Source: Macrostomum lignano
Taxonomy: Eukaryota
Direction: 5' to 3'
Assembly: GCA_002269645.1 (NCBI GenBank)
Contig: NIVC01004076.1
Coordinates: 1-61,706 of the forward strand
Length of the DNA stretch: 61,706 nt
The notes beneath the pieces were generated by a model. It ran no database searches, was not told the origin of the DNA, and saw only the letters and a list, made by a program, of their open reading frames with translations. Positions 42,523 to 55,400 of this stretch are shown in pieces. Position numbers and translations under genes: made by a program. The stretch's first letter is position 1; each line of letters starts with the position of its first letter.

Positions 42523-45500
42523 TCAGAAGCTCGGCATGGGACAAGCCGGTCGGTACTGATCGTTGAGCACATTGAGCAGGACAGACATGACTGTCCACTT
42601 GCGATTGTGAGACTCCGGCCACACGAGGCTTCGCTTTGAGTCGTAGAAAATATCGTCGGTGACTTCCTCCTGCTTGCGGGGCAGGCAGTGCATAAACACC
42701 CAGCGCGGCTTGGCGTGCGCCACCAGGCTGGAGTTCACCTGAGCGGGGTTGGACAGGTGTTAATTGTTTATCTAGTTAGATGAGATCATAAAATAAGGTA
42801 GGCTTAATAATTACTGCACTCCAGACTGATCTGTGCCGCTAGATAAGGTGAGATAATTACTGCACTCCTGACTGATCTGTGTGCCGCTAGATAAGGTGAG
42901 ATAATTACTGCACTCCTGACTGATCTGAGTGCCGCTAGATAAGGTGAGATAATTACTGCAGTCCTGACTGATCTGAGTGCCGCTAGATAAGGTGAGATAA
43001 TTACTGCACTCCTGACTGATCTGTGTGCCGCTAGATAAGGTGAGATAATTACTGCACTCCTGACTGATCTGAGTGCCGCTAGATAAGGTGAGATAATTAC
43101 TGCAGTCCTGACTGATCTGAGTGCCGCTAGATAAGGTGAGATAATTACTGCACTCCTGACTGATCTGAGTGCCGCTAGATAAGGTGAGATAATTACTGCA
43201 CTCCTGACTGATCTGAGTGCCGCTAGATAAGGTGAGATAATTACTGCAGTCCTGACTGATCTGAGTGCCGCTAGATAAGGTGAGATAATTACTGCACTCC
43301 TGACTGATCTGTGTGCCGCTAGATAAGGTGAGATAATTACTGCACTCCTGACTGATCTGAGTGCCGCTAGATAAGGTGAGATAATTACTGCACTCCTGAC
43401 TGATCTGAGTGCCGCTAGATAAGGTGAGATAATTACTGCAGTCCTGACTGATCTGAGTGCCGCTAGATAAGGTGAGATAATTACTGCACTCCTGACTGAT
43501 CTGTGTGCCGCTAAATAAGGTGAGATAATTACTGTACATTTAATGATCCCTACCGATGGCTAGGTGAGCTAATTATCGCCAATGAGGCAAGATAATTAAA
43601 CATGATTAATTAGTGTTAACCTGTAATTCATAGTTAATAATATTTGTTAAGTTGAGCTGAGCCAGCACCTGAGATGCCTCACCTGGAACCCTTTGAAATC
43701 TTTCAGGCGGCGCTCCTTCTCCGCCTCGCGGCCCATACTGACGAATGTGTCCGTGACGATGACGTCAGCGCCGCGAACCGCCTCGGCGGGATCTCTGGTG
43801 AGCACCAGCTGGGTGCCGTACTGGCGGCTGAGCTCGCGGGCGTCCTGCACCACGGCCGGATTCGGGTCATAGCCCGCGGGCGAAGCGATGCGGATCTGCG
43901 GCGACGAAGAGGTTGTTTTGTGGGATACCGTTGAAGGACCAGCGGGACAGGTATTGAAGGCACAGGGAAACAGGTATTGAAGGCACAGGGAACAGGTATT
44001 GAAGGCACAGGGAACAGGTATTGAAGGCACAGAGGAACAGGTATTGAAGGCACAGGGGAACAGGTATTGAAAGCACAGGGGAACAGGTATTGAAGGCACA
44101 GGGAACAGGTATTGAAGGCACAGAGGAACAGGTATTGAAGGCACAGGGGAACAGGTATTGAAGGCACAGGGGAACAGGTATTGAAGGCACAGGGAACAGG
44201 TATTGAAGGCACAGGGGAACAGGTATTGAAGGCACAGGGGAACAGATATTGAAGGACCAGCGGGACGGACAGGTATTGAAGGCACAGGGAACAGGTATTG
44301 AAGGCACAGGGGGACAGGTATTGAAGGCACATGGAAACAGGTATTGAAGGCACAGGGGAACAGGTATTGTAGACACGGGGAAAAGGTACTCAAGGCACAG
44401 AGGAACAGGTATTGAAGTGACAGGGAAACAGTGGAACAGGTATTGAAGTACTAGGGTCCAGTGAACTGAAAAACCAGATAGATAGATAGATAGGTAGATA
44501 GATAGATAGTAAGGTACTGAAAAACCAGATAGACAACCAATTAAAGGACAAGAGACACAGCAATGAAAGAGCCAGGGGGAACAAGCATTGCCTGACAGGG
44601 GGCAATACTGATGAGGAATTACTGAAATAGGATTTCAGCCCAACCCAAACCCCGGTATGCTCACAGACATGCCCAGCTTGGGGCAGCCCATCATCAAGGA
44701 GTGCGTCATGTTGTTGTCTCCGTCGCCTACAAAAGCCCACACGAGGCCGTTGAGGTGGCCAAAGTTTTCGTACGCGGTGAGAAAATCGGCCAGCACCTGC
44801 AGCGGATGGTACTGGTCAGACAGGCCGTTCACTATGGGCACGCTGGAGTGCTCGGACAGGGTCATCTGGACGGGAATTGAGAGGTAGGGAGCATTAAATT
44901 CGTTATACTTAGTCACTAAACCCAACCTGAATCTCACTAAGCCCAAAATGAATCTCACTTATCCCAGCCTGAATCTCACTAAACAACAAAACCTGAATCT
45001 CACTTACACCCAACCTGAATCTCACTTACACCCAACCTGAATATCACTAAACCCAACCTGAACCTCACTAATCCCAAAATGAATCTTACCAAGCCCTACC
45101 TGAATCTCACTAAGCCCAACCTGAATCTCACTCAGTCCAACTATCATTTCATTTATCCCAACTTGAATCTCACTAAAACCAATCTGAATCTCACTGTCCA
45201 ACTGGAAGCTCACTCATCCTGACCTGAAGCTCACTCATCCAAACCTGAATCTCACTCATCTCAACCTGAATCTCACTAAGCCCAACCTGAATCTCACTTA
45301 TCCCAACCTGAATCTCACTCAGTCCAACTGGAATCTCACTCATCTCAATCTGAATCTCATAAAGCCCAACCTGAATCTCACTCATCTCAATCTGAATCTC
45401 ATAAAGCCCAACCTGAATCTCACTCATCTCAATCTGAATCTCATAAAGCCCAACCTGAATCTCACTAAGCCCAACCTGAATCTCACTCATCTCAACCTGA

Positions 45501-46077
45501 ATCTCACTCATCTCAACCTGAATCTCACTCATCTCAACCTGAATCTCACTCATCTCAACCCGAATCTCACTAACCCCACCCCGCCCAATAAATAAGCAAG
45601 CCAAAACGCAGCTGCCAATCTCACCAGCGAGTCGTGCGCATACACCCTGGCCAGCACGGCATCGCAGAAGCCGGACAGCACCTTAGCCGTGTCCGGCAGA
45701 GACTCATTCGTGCCCAGGTGTACATCCTGCGGACTGAGGAACACCGGCTGACCGCCGAGCAGGAAGAAGCCGGTCTCAGTGCTCACCCGAGTGCGGGTGC
45801 TGCGCTTCTCAAAGATCATGCCAAGAGAGTGGCCCTCTAGCGGTCGGTAGCTCAGAAGCCTGTCTTGTGCGTGTCGCGCCTTCAGATCCTTGGCCGTCCA
45901 CAGCAGCTGGGCGATTTCGGACTCTGAGTAGTCGCGCAGAGTGAGAAAATGCCGGCCTTTGAGATTGCTCCACTTGTCGGTTGAGGCGGCCGTTGATGAA
46001 GCGGCGCGGGATGCGATGCGAGGAGACTGGACAACGGCCAGGCGACCGACTTTGATGAGCAATTGCAGTGGCGACAT
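42523..46077 (-). CDS. OTC: Ornithine carbamoyltransferase, mitochondrial; exons 46077-45625, 44865-44665, 43895-43683, 42738-42523
   Basis: Motifs [45 protein letters not shown] and NRKW. All junctions are phase 0 GT-AG; about 360 aa. Confidence 0.96.
42808..43536. repeat. 48-bp minisatellite in OTC intron 3
   Basis: Unit GATAATTACTGCACTCCTGACTGATCTGAGTGCCGCTAGATAAGGTGA, about 15 copies. Confidence 0.95.
43942..44450. repeat. 22-23-bp minisatellite in OTC intron 2
   Basis: Unit GGAACAGGTATTGAAGGCACAG(G). Confidence 0.95.
44920..45572. repeat. 21-bp minisatellite in OTC intron 1
   Basis: Unit AACCTGAATCTCACTAAGCCC and variants. Confidence 0.95.
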
Positions 46078-46147
46078 CGCTGGTTTAAAGAGCAGCGGAA
46101 AGTAATTAAATATTGTTAGATATTTCGTGTGACATTTTTGATTTCTA

Positions 46148-47420
46148 AATCACCTGTTTAGCTTATGGGCGATTCTTAAATCACCTGTTTAGTCTATGGG
46201 CGATTCTTAAATCACCTGTTTAGTCTATGGGCGATTCTTAAATCACCTGTTTAGCTTATGGGCGATTCCTAAATCACCTGTTTAGTCTATGGGCGATTCT
46301 TAAAACACCTGTTTAGTCTATGGGCGATTCTTAAAACACCTGTTTAGCTTATGGGCGATTCTTAAATCACCTGTTTAGTCTATGGGCGACTCTTAAATCA
46401 CCTGTTTAGCCTATGGGCGATTCTTAAATCACCTGTTTAGCTTATGGGCGATTCCTAAATCACCTGTTTAGTCTATGGGCGATTCTTAAAACACCTGTTT
46501 AGTCTATGGGCGATTCTTAAAACACCTGTTTAGTCTATGGGCGATTCTTAAAACACCTGTTTAATCTATGGGCGATTCTTAAAACACCTGTTTAGTCTAT
46601 GGGCGATTCTTAAAACACCTGTTTAGTCTATGGGCGATTCTTAAAACACCTGTTTAGTCTATGGGCGATTCTTAAAACACCTGTTTAGTCTATGGGCGAT
46701 TCTTAAAACACCTGTTTAGTCTATGGGCGATTCTTAAAACACCTGTTTAATCTATGGGCGATTCTTAAAACACCTGTTTAGTCTATGGGCGATTCTTAAA
46801 ACACCTGTTTAGTCTATGGGCGATTCTTAAAACACCTGTTTAGTCTATGGGCGATTCTTAAAACACCTGTTTAGTCTATGGGCGATTCTTAAATCACATG
46901 TTTAGTCTGTGGGCGATTCTTAAATCACCTGTTTAGTCTATGGGCGATTCCTAAATCACATGCTTAGTTCAAGGGCGATTCTTAAATGACCGGTTTAGTC
47001 TATGGGCGATTCTTAAAACACCTGTTTAGTCTATGGGCGATTCTTAAAACACCTGTTTAGTCTATGGGCGATTCTTAAAACACCTGTTTAATCTATGGGC
47101 GATTCTTAAAACACCTGTTTAGTCTATGGGCGATTCTTAAAACACCTGTTTAGTCTATGGGCGATTCTTAAAACACCTGTTTAGTCTATGGGCGATTCTT
47201 AAAACACCTGTTTAGTCTATGGGCGATTCTTAAATCACATGTTTAGTCTGTGGGCGATTCTTAAATCACCTGTTTAGTCTATGGGCGATTCCTAAATCAC
47301 ATGCTTAGTTCAAGGGCGATTCTTAAATGACCGGTTTAGTCTATGGGCGATTCTTAAAACACCTGTTTAGTCCATGGGGGTTCTTAAACTACCTGTTTAG
47401 TCTATGGGGATTCTCAAAGC
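46148..47420. repeat. 31-bp minisatellite upstream of OTC
   Basis: Unit CACCTGTTTAGTCTATGGGCGATTCTTAAA(A/T), about 40 copies. A multi-unit variant block is duplicated (~46890-47000 and ~47230-47340). Confidence 0.95.
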
Positions 47421-48054
47421 AACTGATTAATCCATTACCAAAAGAATAGTTATTGCGCACCTGTGTATTCTAAATATAATAGGCATAAATAATGTTGTAT
47501 ATACTTAGCGAACAAAATGAATTTCAAACAGGTGAATCTCTGGATAGATAAAAAATCACATAACACATAGTCTAGAGTTTGTACACGGCGAAGCAGTGCT
47601 TGGAATTTCAAATTGCTTGAAGTACACGCAATCAAAATAATGAGAGTATTAATTAATACAATTTCTGGTAAAAATCATATATGAAGCTAGATCGATCGCG
47701 AAAATATGCTATTTAAATATGACTGCAAAAAACTACAACACACTACAGAACAGAACAAGTGTTGGAAGGCGTCTGCGGCTACCCATGGCTAAAAATTTTT
47801 GGCACTGTCAACATATTTGAATGTGCATTATAAATATTAAATAAGCGGGCTAAGCGCATCACAACAGGAATTATTTTTGCTAGAAGTACATTTATGCGGA
47901 ATTCACCCTTACAGTCTAGCCATAGTAAGCACAAAAGTAATTTGTGTTTTACTTGCGTGTCTATGTACTGGTATTTCCTTTTTAGACTGAAAAAATCATA
48001 AAATTTAACTGACTGAGTACACTATGGCTGATTATGATCTATTTCCGATATTCA

Positions 48055-48520
48055 CCCCTACTGTCCCCTGTGACCCCTACTGTCCTCTGTGACCCCTACT
48101 GTCCTCTGTGACCCCTACTGTCGTCTGTGACCCCTATTGTACTCTGTGTCCTTTACTGTCCCCTGCGACCCCTACTGTGACCCCTACTGTCGTCTGTGAC
48201 CCCTATTGTACCCTGTGACCACTACTGTCCCCTGTGACCCCTTACTGTCCTCTGTGACCCCTACTGTCCCCTGCGACCCCTACTGTCCCATGCGACCCCT
48301 ACTGTCCTCTGTGACCCGTACTGTCCTCTGTGACCACTACTGTCCCCTGTGACCCCTTACTGTCCTCTGTGACCCCTACTGTCCCCTGCGACCCCTACTG
48401 TCTCCTTGTGACCCCACTGTCCCTTGTGACCCCTACTGTCTCCTTGTGACCCCCACTGTCCCCTTGTGACCCTACTGTCTCCTTGTGACCCCTTGTGACC
48501 CCTACTGTCCCCTGTGACAC
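48055..48520. repeat. ~19-bp minisatellite
   Basis: Unit GTGACCCCTACTGTCCTCT and variants. Confidence 0.92.
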
Positions 48521-49067
48521 TACTGTTGCTTATGTAACCCTCTACTGTCCCTTCCCTGACCCTTACTGTCACTGCACCTTATTTACGACTTATAGTGCCA
48601 TTTCAGGAGCTCTGGGTCAAGTAACCATGGCTGCAAGTCCAATGCCCTCTACAGATGGAAGGTACTCTTTAAAAATGTAATCTAGGAATACATACACGCG
48701 TACTGTATGGAAAATTATTGGTTTAACAAAAAAATCAGGACACATTTGCTCATACGAGCTAGATTGAGGATAAAGGATACTGAACCAATTTAATTTGCGA
48801 AAGCTTTTGATAAACTACATCACAGCGCATGTTTCCGAGCAAGATTGTATATACAGCTAGCGATTCAGACCGGTACTGCAGTAAATACGGAGAGCACAAC
48901 ACAGAATTGAATAAATCGAATGGCACAGAGTCAGTTCAAATATCTGCTTCTGCGAACAGAAAAAGGCGGTGGCAGATTTGAAATTAAGACAATCATTTCG
49001 AAAGGCCAGTCATTAAATATCAATGCACTTACTATTTAGGGGTGGGGATTTCAATGAGGATTCTGAC

Positions 49068-49420
49068 ACTCTGGGGGCTGGCACAGCAACTGAAGATTTT
49101 GGAGGCTGGCCCAGCAACTGAGGATCTGGGAGGCTGGCCCAGTAACTGAGGATCTGGGAGGCTGGCCCAGCAACTGAGGATCTGGGAGGCTGGCCCAGCA
49201 ACTGAGGATCTGGGAGGCTGGCACAGCAACTGAGGATCTGGGAGGCTGGCCCAGTAACTGAGGATCTGGGAGGCTGGCCCAGCAACTGAGGATCTGGGAG
49301 GCTGGCCCAGCAACTGAGGATCTGGGAGGCTGGCACAGCAACTGAGGATCTGGGAGGCTGGCCCAGCAACTGACACTCTGGGAGGCTGGCTCAGCAACTG
49401 GGGATCTGGAAGGCTGGCAG
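49068..49420. repeat. 28-bp minisatellite just 3' of the VPS39 stop codon
   Basis: Unit GGCTGGCCCAGCAACTGAGGATCTGGGA. Confidence 0.95.
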
Positions 49421-49479
49421 GACAACCTCACAAGCCAGTATACTAGGCAACAGCAATAGCTATAAACACACACAGACAC

Positions 49480-52400
49480 TCACTCCGCCCCAGACTGTCC
49501 GCCACTCAGGCGAGCCCGCATCACCGCCATGCAGCCGTAGTGGGTGACCTGGCGCGACGGGAACCTGGCAAAGGCGCTGGCCCCGATCCGGTTCTGGCAG
49601 ACGCTGCACCGGGTGCCCTCCTCGATGGCCACCCGGCCGGAGCGGACCCGGGCGAAGGCGGCCGCAGTCTGCAGCCGCTCGGCGTGGTACAGACCGCGGC
49701 GGGACTGCAGCAGGCGCTTCTCGGCCTCGAGCCGTTGCAGCGATGTCAGCAGATAGTCGGACAGGTCGGCCAGCGGGGTGGCCGGCGGCAGCAGCGGCAG
49801 GACTCGGACAGGCGGTATCTGGCCCGGCCGGCGTTTCAATAATTGTAGCGCGCGCTGCGTCATTGGCGCCGGAGCGCGCGGCGCCTACAAAAGTAGTGCT
49901 TTATTTATAACAAACCAAGGCAGACTGTTTTAGGATTTCACTTTGAAAGATGAGCAATACGGGGGCCGATTTCATAAAAAAGCTACAAGTGACCAGTGAA
50001 AAGTCGACAAATGACAAGTGTCAAGCGTCAACGATTTTGGTTTCATAAACATGGGTCCTTAATCGTGTTAAAAATAACTCAATTTTATGTCAATGGTTGA
50101 GACACAATATGAATTTAAGGATCTGTGTTTTAGACAGACTTGCTTTAAAGACGGCCTCTGCGTTCTTCTTGGACTTCAATACACAGCTTTAAACCACTTT
50201 AAAGCTCACTTTCAGGGAGGTTATTGACATAGATTTTATTTTGCGGGATTTATTCGATCACTTTCCCGGACATATTGCAAGGATTATTGTATGTATCTAA
50301 ATAAGCGAGCTAGCTTCTCTCTTCTCTTTCCTTCCTGACTCGAGAAATTTCTTAATGAAATTTTGTCTATGGTAAGAATGTGGGGGCTTTGCCGCCACAC
50401 CCCTAGCAGGGGCTTCGCCCCCACACCCCCACCCCAACTTCAATCATAGACATACAAGTATGGCTCCGGGATTTATCTGAATACATGCCGCAAAATTAAA
50501 GTAGTTTAAATAAGATATTCTATGAGTTTTTCGGTCGGTATTTCACTTAAATCCCATACCGACCTCAAACCCATAGAAAATATTATACTTAATAAAGCTA
50601 AAATTGTCACAGCGACTTGTCAAAAACACAAGACAAGAGGAAGTATTTTCACACAGAAGCATCCAGCTTAGTGCATGTCTATGGACGAAAACCCCGAAGA
50701 AGCGATAGTAATTTGTCAAATTTCGCTTGTCACTTGTAATTTGTCCGACAAGTGCTTTATGAATAGCCCTACTCACATGCAATTTATAGGCCTCGGCAGG
50801 CAGGGGCGCCAGCAGCGCTTTGATCAGCTGACCGTAGACCTCGCCCTGAAGGCTGGCTAGCGAAGAATCGGCCGCATCGCCAGTTTCGGCAGTTGGCTGG
50901 CTGAGAATCTCTTCAGCCAGAGACTCAGCCTTCTCCGGCGACTCCAAATACTGAGCCAGAATAGTGAATGCCAGCTCGTACTGGCCCAGCCTGCTCAGCA
51001 GCAGGGCTCGCTCCTCCAGCATGTCGTTGTTAGGATAGCGGGCCAGCAGCTCCTGGGCGTTGTAGTGCCGGGAGCGGCGCAGGAAGGCCAGCAGTCGGGA
51101 CCGGGCGCCGGCCACGGCTAAAGGCTCGGTCTGCTGCTCAAGCCTGAGCCGGTACTGGTTAGCCAGTCGGGTGTGCAGCGATTCGCTGGTGTCAGGCGGC
51201 TTACAGTGCAGTACGCAGTGCTCAAGATAGTCTGTGAGCAGTTGGGGAGCGCTAGACTCCAGGAAATTGGCCACCTCTATGCGTGGCAGCGCATTGTCAC
51301 CGTCTGCTTGGCTCTCTGTGAAGATTCGCAAGCCCTCCTTGGGGTCGCGCTCGATTATCCACCGACTGTAGCGGAATATGAGATCCTGGTAGGGCACGCC
51401 CAGTTCCTGCACGATGCAACAGTTTTGTGGGATGCAGGGTTAGGGGATGCGGTGTCAGGATAGGGGGCTGCAGTGTCAGGATAGGGGGCTGCAGTGTCAG
51501 GATAGGGGGCTGCAGTGTCAGGATAGGGGGCTGCAGTGTCAGGATAGGGGGCTGCAGTGTCAGGATAGGGGCTGCAGTGTCAGGATAGGGGCTGCAGTGT
51601 CAGGATAGGGGCTGCAGTGTCAGGATAGGGGGCTGCAGTGTCAGGATAGGGGGCTGCAGTGTCAGGATAGGGGGCTGCAGTGTCAGGATAGGGGCTGCAG
51701 TGTCAGGATAGGGGGCTGCAGTGTCAGGGTAGGGGCTGCAGTGTCAGGGTAGGGGCTGCAGTGACAGGATAGGGGGCTGCAGTGTCAGGATAGGGGGCTG
51801 CAGTGTCAGGATAGGGGGCTGCAGTGTCAGGATAGGGGGCTGCAGTGTCAGGATAGGGGCTGCAGTGTCAGGATAGGGGGCTGCAGTGTCAGGATAGGGG
51901 GCTGCAGTGTCAGGATAGGGGCTGCAGTGTCAGGATAGGGGGCTGCAGTGTCAGGTAGGGGCTGCAGTGTCAGGGTAGGGGCTGCAGTGACAGGATAGGG
52001 GGCTGCAGTGTCAGGATAGGGGCTGCAGTGTCAGGATAGGGGGCTGCAGTGTCAGGATAGGGGGCTGCAGTGTCAGGATAGGGGCTGCAGTGTCAGGATA
52101 GGGGCTGCAGTGTCAGGATAGGGGGCTGCAGTGTCAGGATAGGGGGCTGCAGTGTCAGGATAGGGGCTGCAGTGTCAGGGTAGGGACTGCAGTGTCAGGG
52201 TAGGGGCTGCAGTGACAGGATAGGGGCTGCAGTGACAGGATAGGGGCTGCAGTGTCAGGATAGGGGCTGCAGTGTCAGGATAGGGGGCTGCAGTGTCAGG
52301 ATAGGGGGCTGCAGTGTCAGGATAGGGGGCTGCAGTGTCAGGGTAGGGACTGCAGTGTCAGGATAGGGGGCTGCAGTGTCAGGATAGGGGGCTGCAGTGT

Positions 52401-55400
52401 CAGGATAGGGGCTGCAGTGTCAGGATAGGGGCTGCAGTGTCAGGGTAGGGACTGCAGTGTCAGGGTAGGGGCTGCAGTGACAGGATAGGGGCTGCAGTGA
52501 CAGGATAGGGGCTGCAGTGTCAGGATAGGGGCTGCAGTGTCAGGATAGGGGCTGCAGTGTCAGGATAGGGGGCTGCAGTGTCAGGATAGGGGGCTGCAGT
52601 GTCAGGATAGGGGGCTGCAGTGTCAGGGTAGGGGCTGCAGTGTCAGGATAGGGGCTGCAGTGTCAGGATAGGGGGCTGCAGTGTCAGGATAGGGGCTGCA
52701 GTGTCAGGATAGGGGGCTGCAGTTTCAGGAAGTGGCTGCAGTGACAGGATAGGGAGCTGCAGTGACAGGATAGGGGGCTGCAGTGTCAGGATAGGGGGCT
52801 GCAGTGTCAGGATACGGGGCTGCAGTGACAGGAAAAGTTGCTGCAGTGACAGGATAGGGGGCTGCAGTGACAGGAAAAGTTGCTGCAGTGACAGGAAGTG
52901 GCTGCAGTGACAGGATAGGGGCTGCAGTGTCAGGATAGGGGGCTGCAGTGTCAGGGTAGGGGCTGCAGTGTCAGGATAGGGGCTGCAGTGTCAGGATAGG
53001 GGCTGCAGTGTCAGGATAGGGGGCTGCAGTGTCAGGATAGGGGGCTGCAGTGTCAGGATAGGGGCTGCAGTGTCAGGATAGGGGGCTGCAGTGTCAGGAT
53101 AGGGGCTGCAGTGTCAGGATAGGGGGCTGCAGTGACAGGAAAAGTTGCTGCAGTGACAGGATAGGGGGCTGCAGTGTCAGGATAGGGGCTGCAGTGACAG
53201 GAAAAGTTGCTGCAGTGACAGGAAGTGGCTGCAGTGACAGGATAGGGGCTGCAGTGTCAGGATAGGGGCTGCAGTGACAGGAAAAGTTGCTGCAGTGACA
53301 GGAAGTGGCTGCAGTGACAGGATAGGGGGCTGCAGTGACAGGATAGGGGGCTGCAGTGACAGGATAGGGGGCTGCAGTGACAGGATAGGGGGCTGCAGTG
53401 ACAGGATAGGTTAATGCGGTAATGTTAGACTAAGGTTTCAAGATAGAGTTCTACAACAGTCAAACAGAAAAGCTAAATCCGATTTACCTGCAGGTACTGC
53501 ACGCTGTCCTCAATATTGGAGATCTGAGAGCCGGGTTGCTGATAGTGCTCCATGAGCAGTTTCAAACTTGACTCGTGATCGTTATTGTTTTTATAGAGCA
53601 GCAGCAGGCTTGACCACATTCGCTTCTGTTTCAGACAGGCTTCCGCCTCGCGCAGGTGACAATAGTTGGTGGTGCGAAGCAGGGAAGGCACCAGAGCGGG
53701 ATTGCTCTCCAGGTAGCATTTCAGCAGTGAAGTGTCAACTAGCTGACGGAGCTTCTCTAAGTCAGCGGTGATTGGCTGTGGTGGAAGGCATCAGGTTGAA
53801 GCCGTTTGCACTTTCCAGTTCGCTTCGAAGCCAGACTCCAGATTGCCTACTCTCCTTTTAGCCACTGCTATCTACTCTCCCCCAGCCACTGCTATCTACT
53901 ATTGACCAGCCACTGCTATCTACTATTGACCAGCCACTGCTATCTACTATTGACCAGCCACTGCTATCTACTATTGACCAGCCACTGCTATCTACTATTG
54001 ACCAGCCACTGCTATCTAATCTCCCCCAGCCGCTGCTATCTACTCTTGACCAGCCGCTGCTATCTAATCTCCCCCCAGCCGCTGCTATCTACTATTGACC
54101 AGCCACTGCTATCTACTATTGACCAGCCACTGCTATCTACTATTGACCAGCCACTGCTATCTACTATTGACCAGCCACTGCTATCTACTATTGACCAGCC
54201 ACTGCTATCTACTATTGACCAGCCACTGCTATCTACTATTGACCAGCCACTGCTATCTACTATTGACCAGCCACTGCTATCTAATCTCCCCCAGCCGCTG
54301 CTATCTACTCTTGACCAGCCGCTGCTATCTAATCTCCCCCAGCCGCTGCTATCTACTCTTGACCAGCCGCTGCTATCTACTCTCCCCCCAGCCACTGCTA
54401 TCTACTCTCGACCAGCCACTGCTGTCTAATCTCCCCCAGCCGCTGCTATCTAATCTCCCCCCAGCCGCTGCTATCTACTCTCGACCAGCCACTGCTGTCT
54501 AATCTCCCCCAGCCGCTGCTATCTAATCTCCCCCAGCCGCTGCTATCTACTCTCCCCTTAGCCACTGCTATCTACTCCCCTTAGCCACTGCTATCTACTC
54601 CCCCTTAGCCACTGCTATCTACTCCCCTTAGCCACTGCTATCTACTCCCCTTAGCCACTGCTATCTACTCCCCCTTAGCCACTGCTATCTACTCCCCCTT
54701 AGCCACTGCTATCTACTCCCCCTTAGCCACTGCTATTTACTCCCCCTTAGCCACTGCTGTCTACTCTCCCCCTTAGCCACTGCTGTCTACCCTCCCCCTT
54801 AGCCACTGCTGTCTACTCTCCCCTTAGCCACTGCTATCTTCTCCCCTTAGCCACTGCTGTCTACTCTCCCCCTTAGCCACTGCTGTCTACCCTCCCCCTT
54901 AGCCACTGCTGTCTACTCTTCTCTCTTAGCCTTTGTAGCCCCTGAGAATCTCACACCTTAGAATCTTACTCATTAGAAAATCCGGCCCCTGAGAATCTCA
55001 CCCCTGATTATTTCACTCGTGAGAATCTCAGCCCTGAGACTCTCTTCTCCCTAAGAATCTCTCGAAGGGGGTAGCCTAGTGGTCTCTGATGTGCCAGCGG
55101 CCCAGGCTCGATTCCAAGTGCATTCACGTTAATTTGGGGCTAAATTGGAATCTCAGCTTGGCTCTGCTCGTGCAATTGCCGCCCTTCAGGGCCAACCCTT
55201 AAGGCACAGTAAAGTGTACATGCCTAATGATAAAGTCAGGGCCGCTGTGCACTCCTGTGTGAGAGTGTGCCTGTGAGAATGACTGCGTACGTATCCGTGC
55301 GCTTGTGTGCCTGCTCAGGGGAGTCGGCGGAACGGGCAGCAATGCCTCTCGCCGGTTGTGTGACAATGTCGCCGCCACGCCCCCGGGACCCTCCCCAGGC

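Noticed and set aside
39521-45604. Long repetitive ORFs (e.g. 40263-40806, 41695-42078, 42811-43539, 43647-44393, 45191-45604) resembling LRR, collagen or antifreeze repeats
   Set aside because: They are translations of stop-free minisatellite units inside introns or spacers, open in several frames and disrupted by unit-length variants.
49013-54502. Repetitive ORFs at 49013-49479 and 53806-54502
   Set aside because: Same cause: minisatellite read-through in the VPS39 3' region and intron 3.
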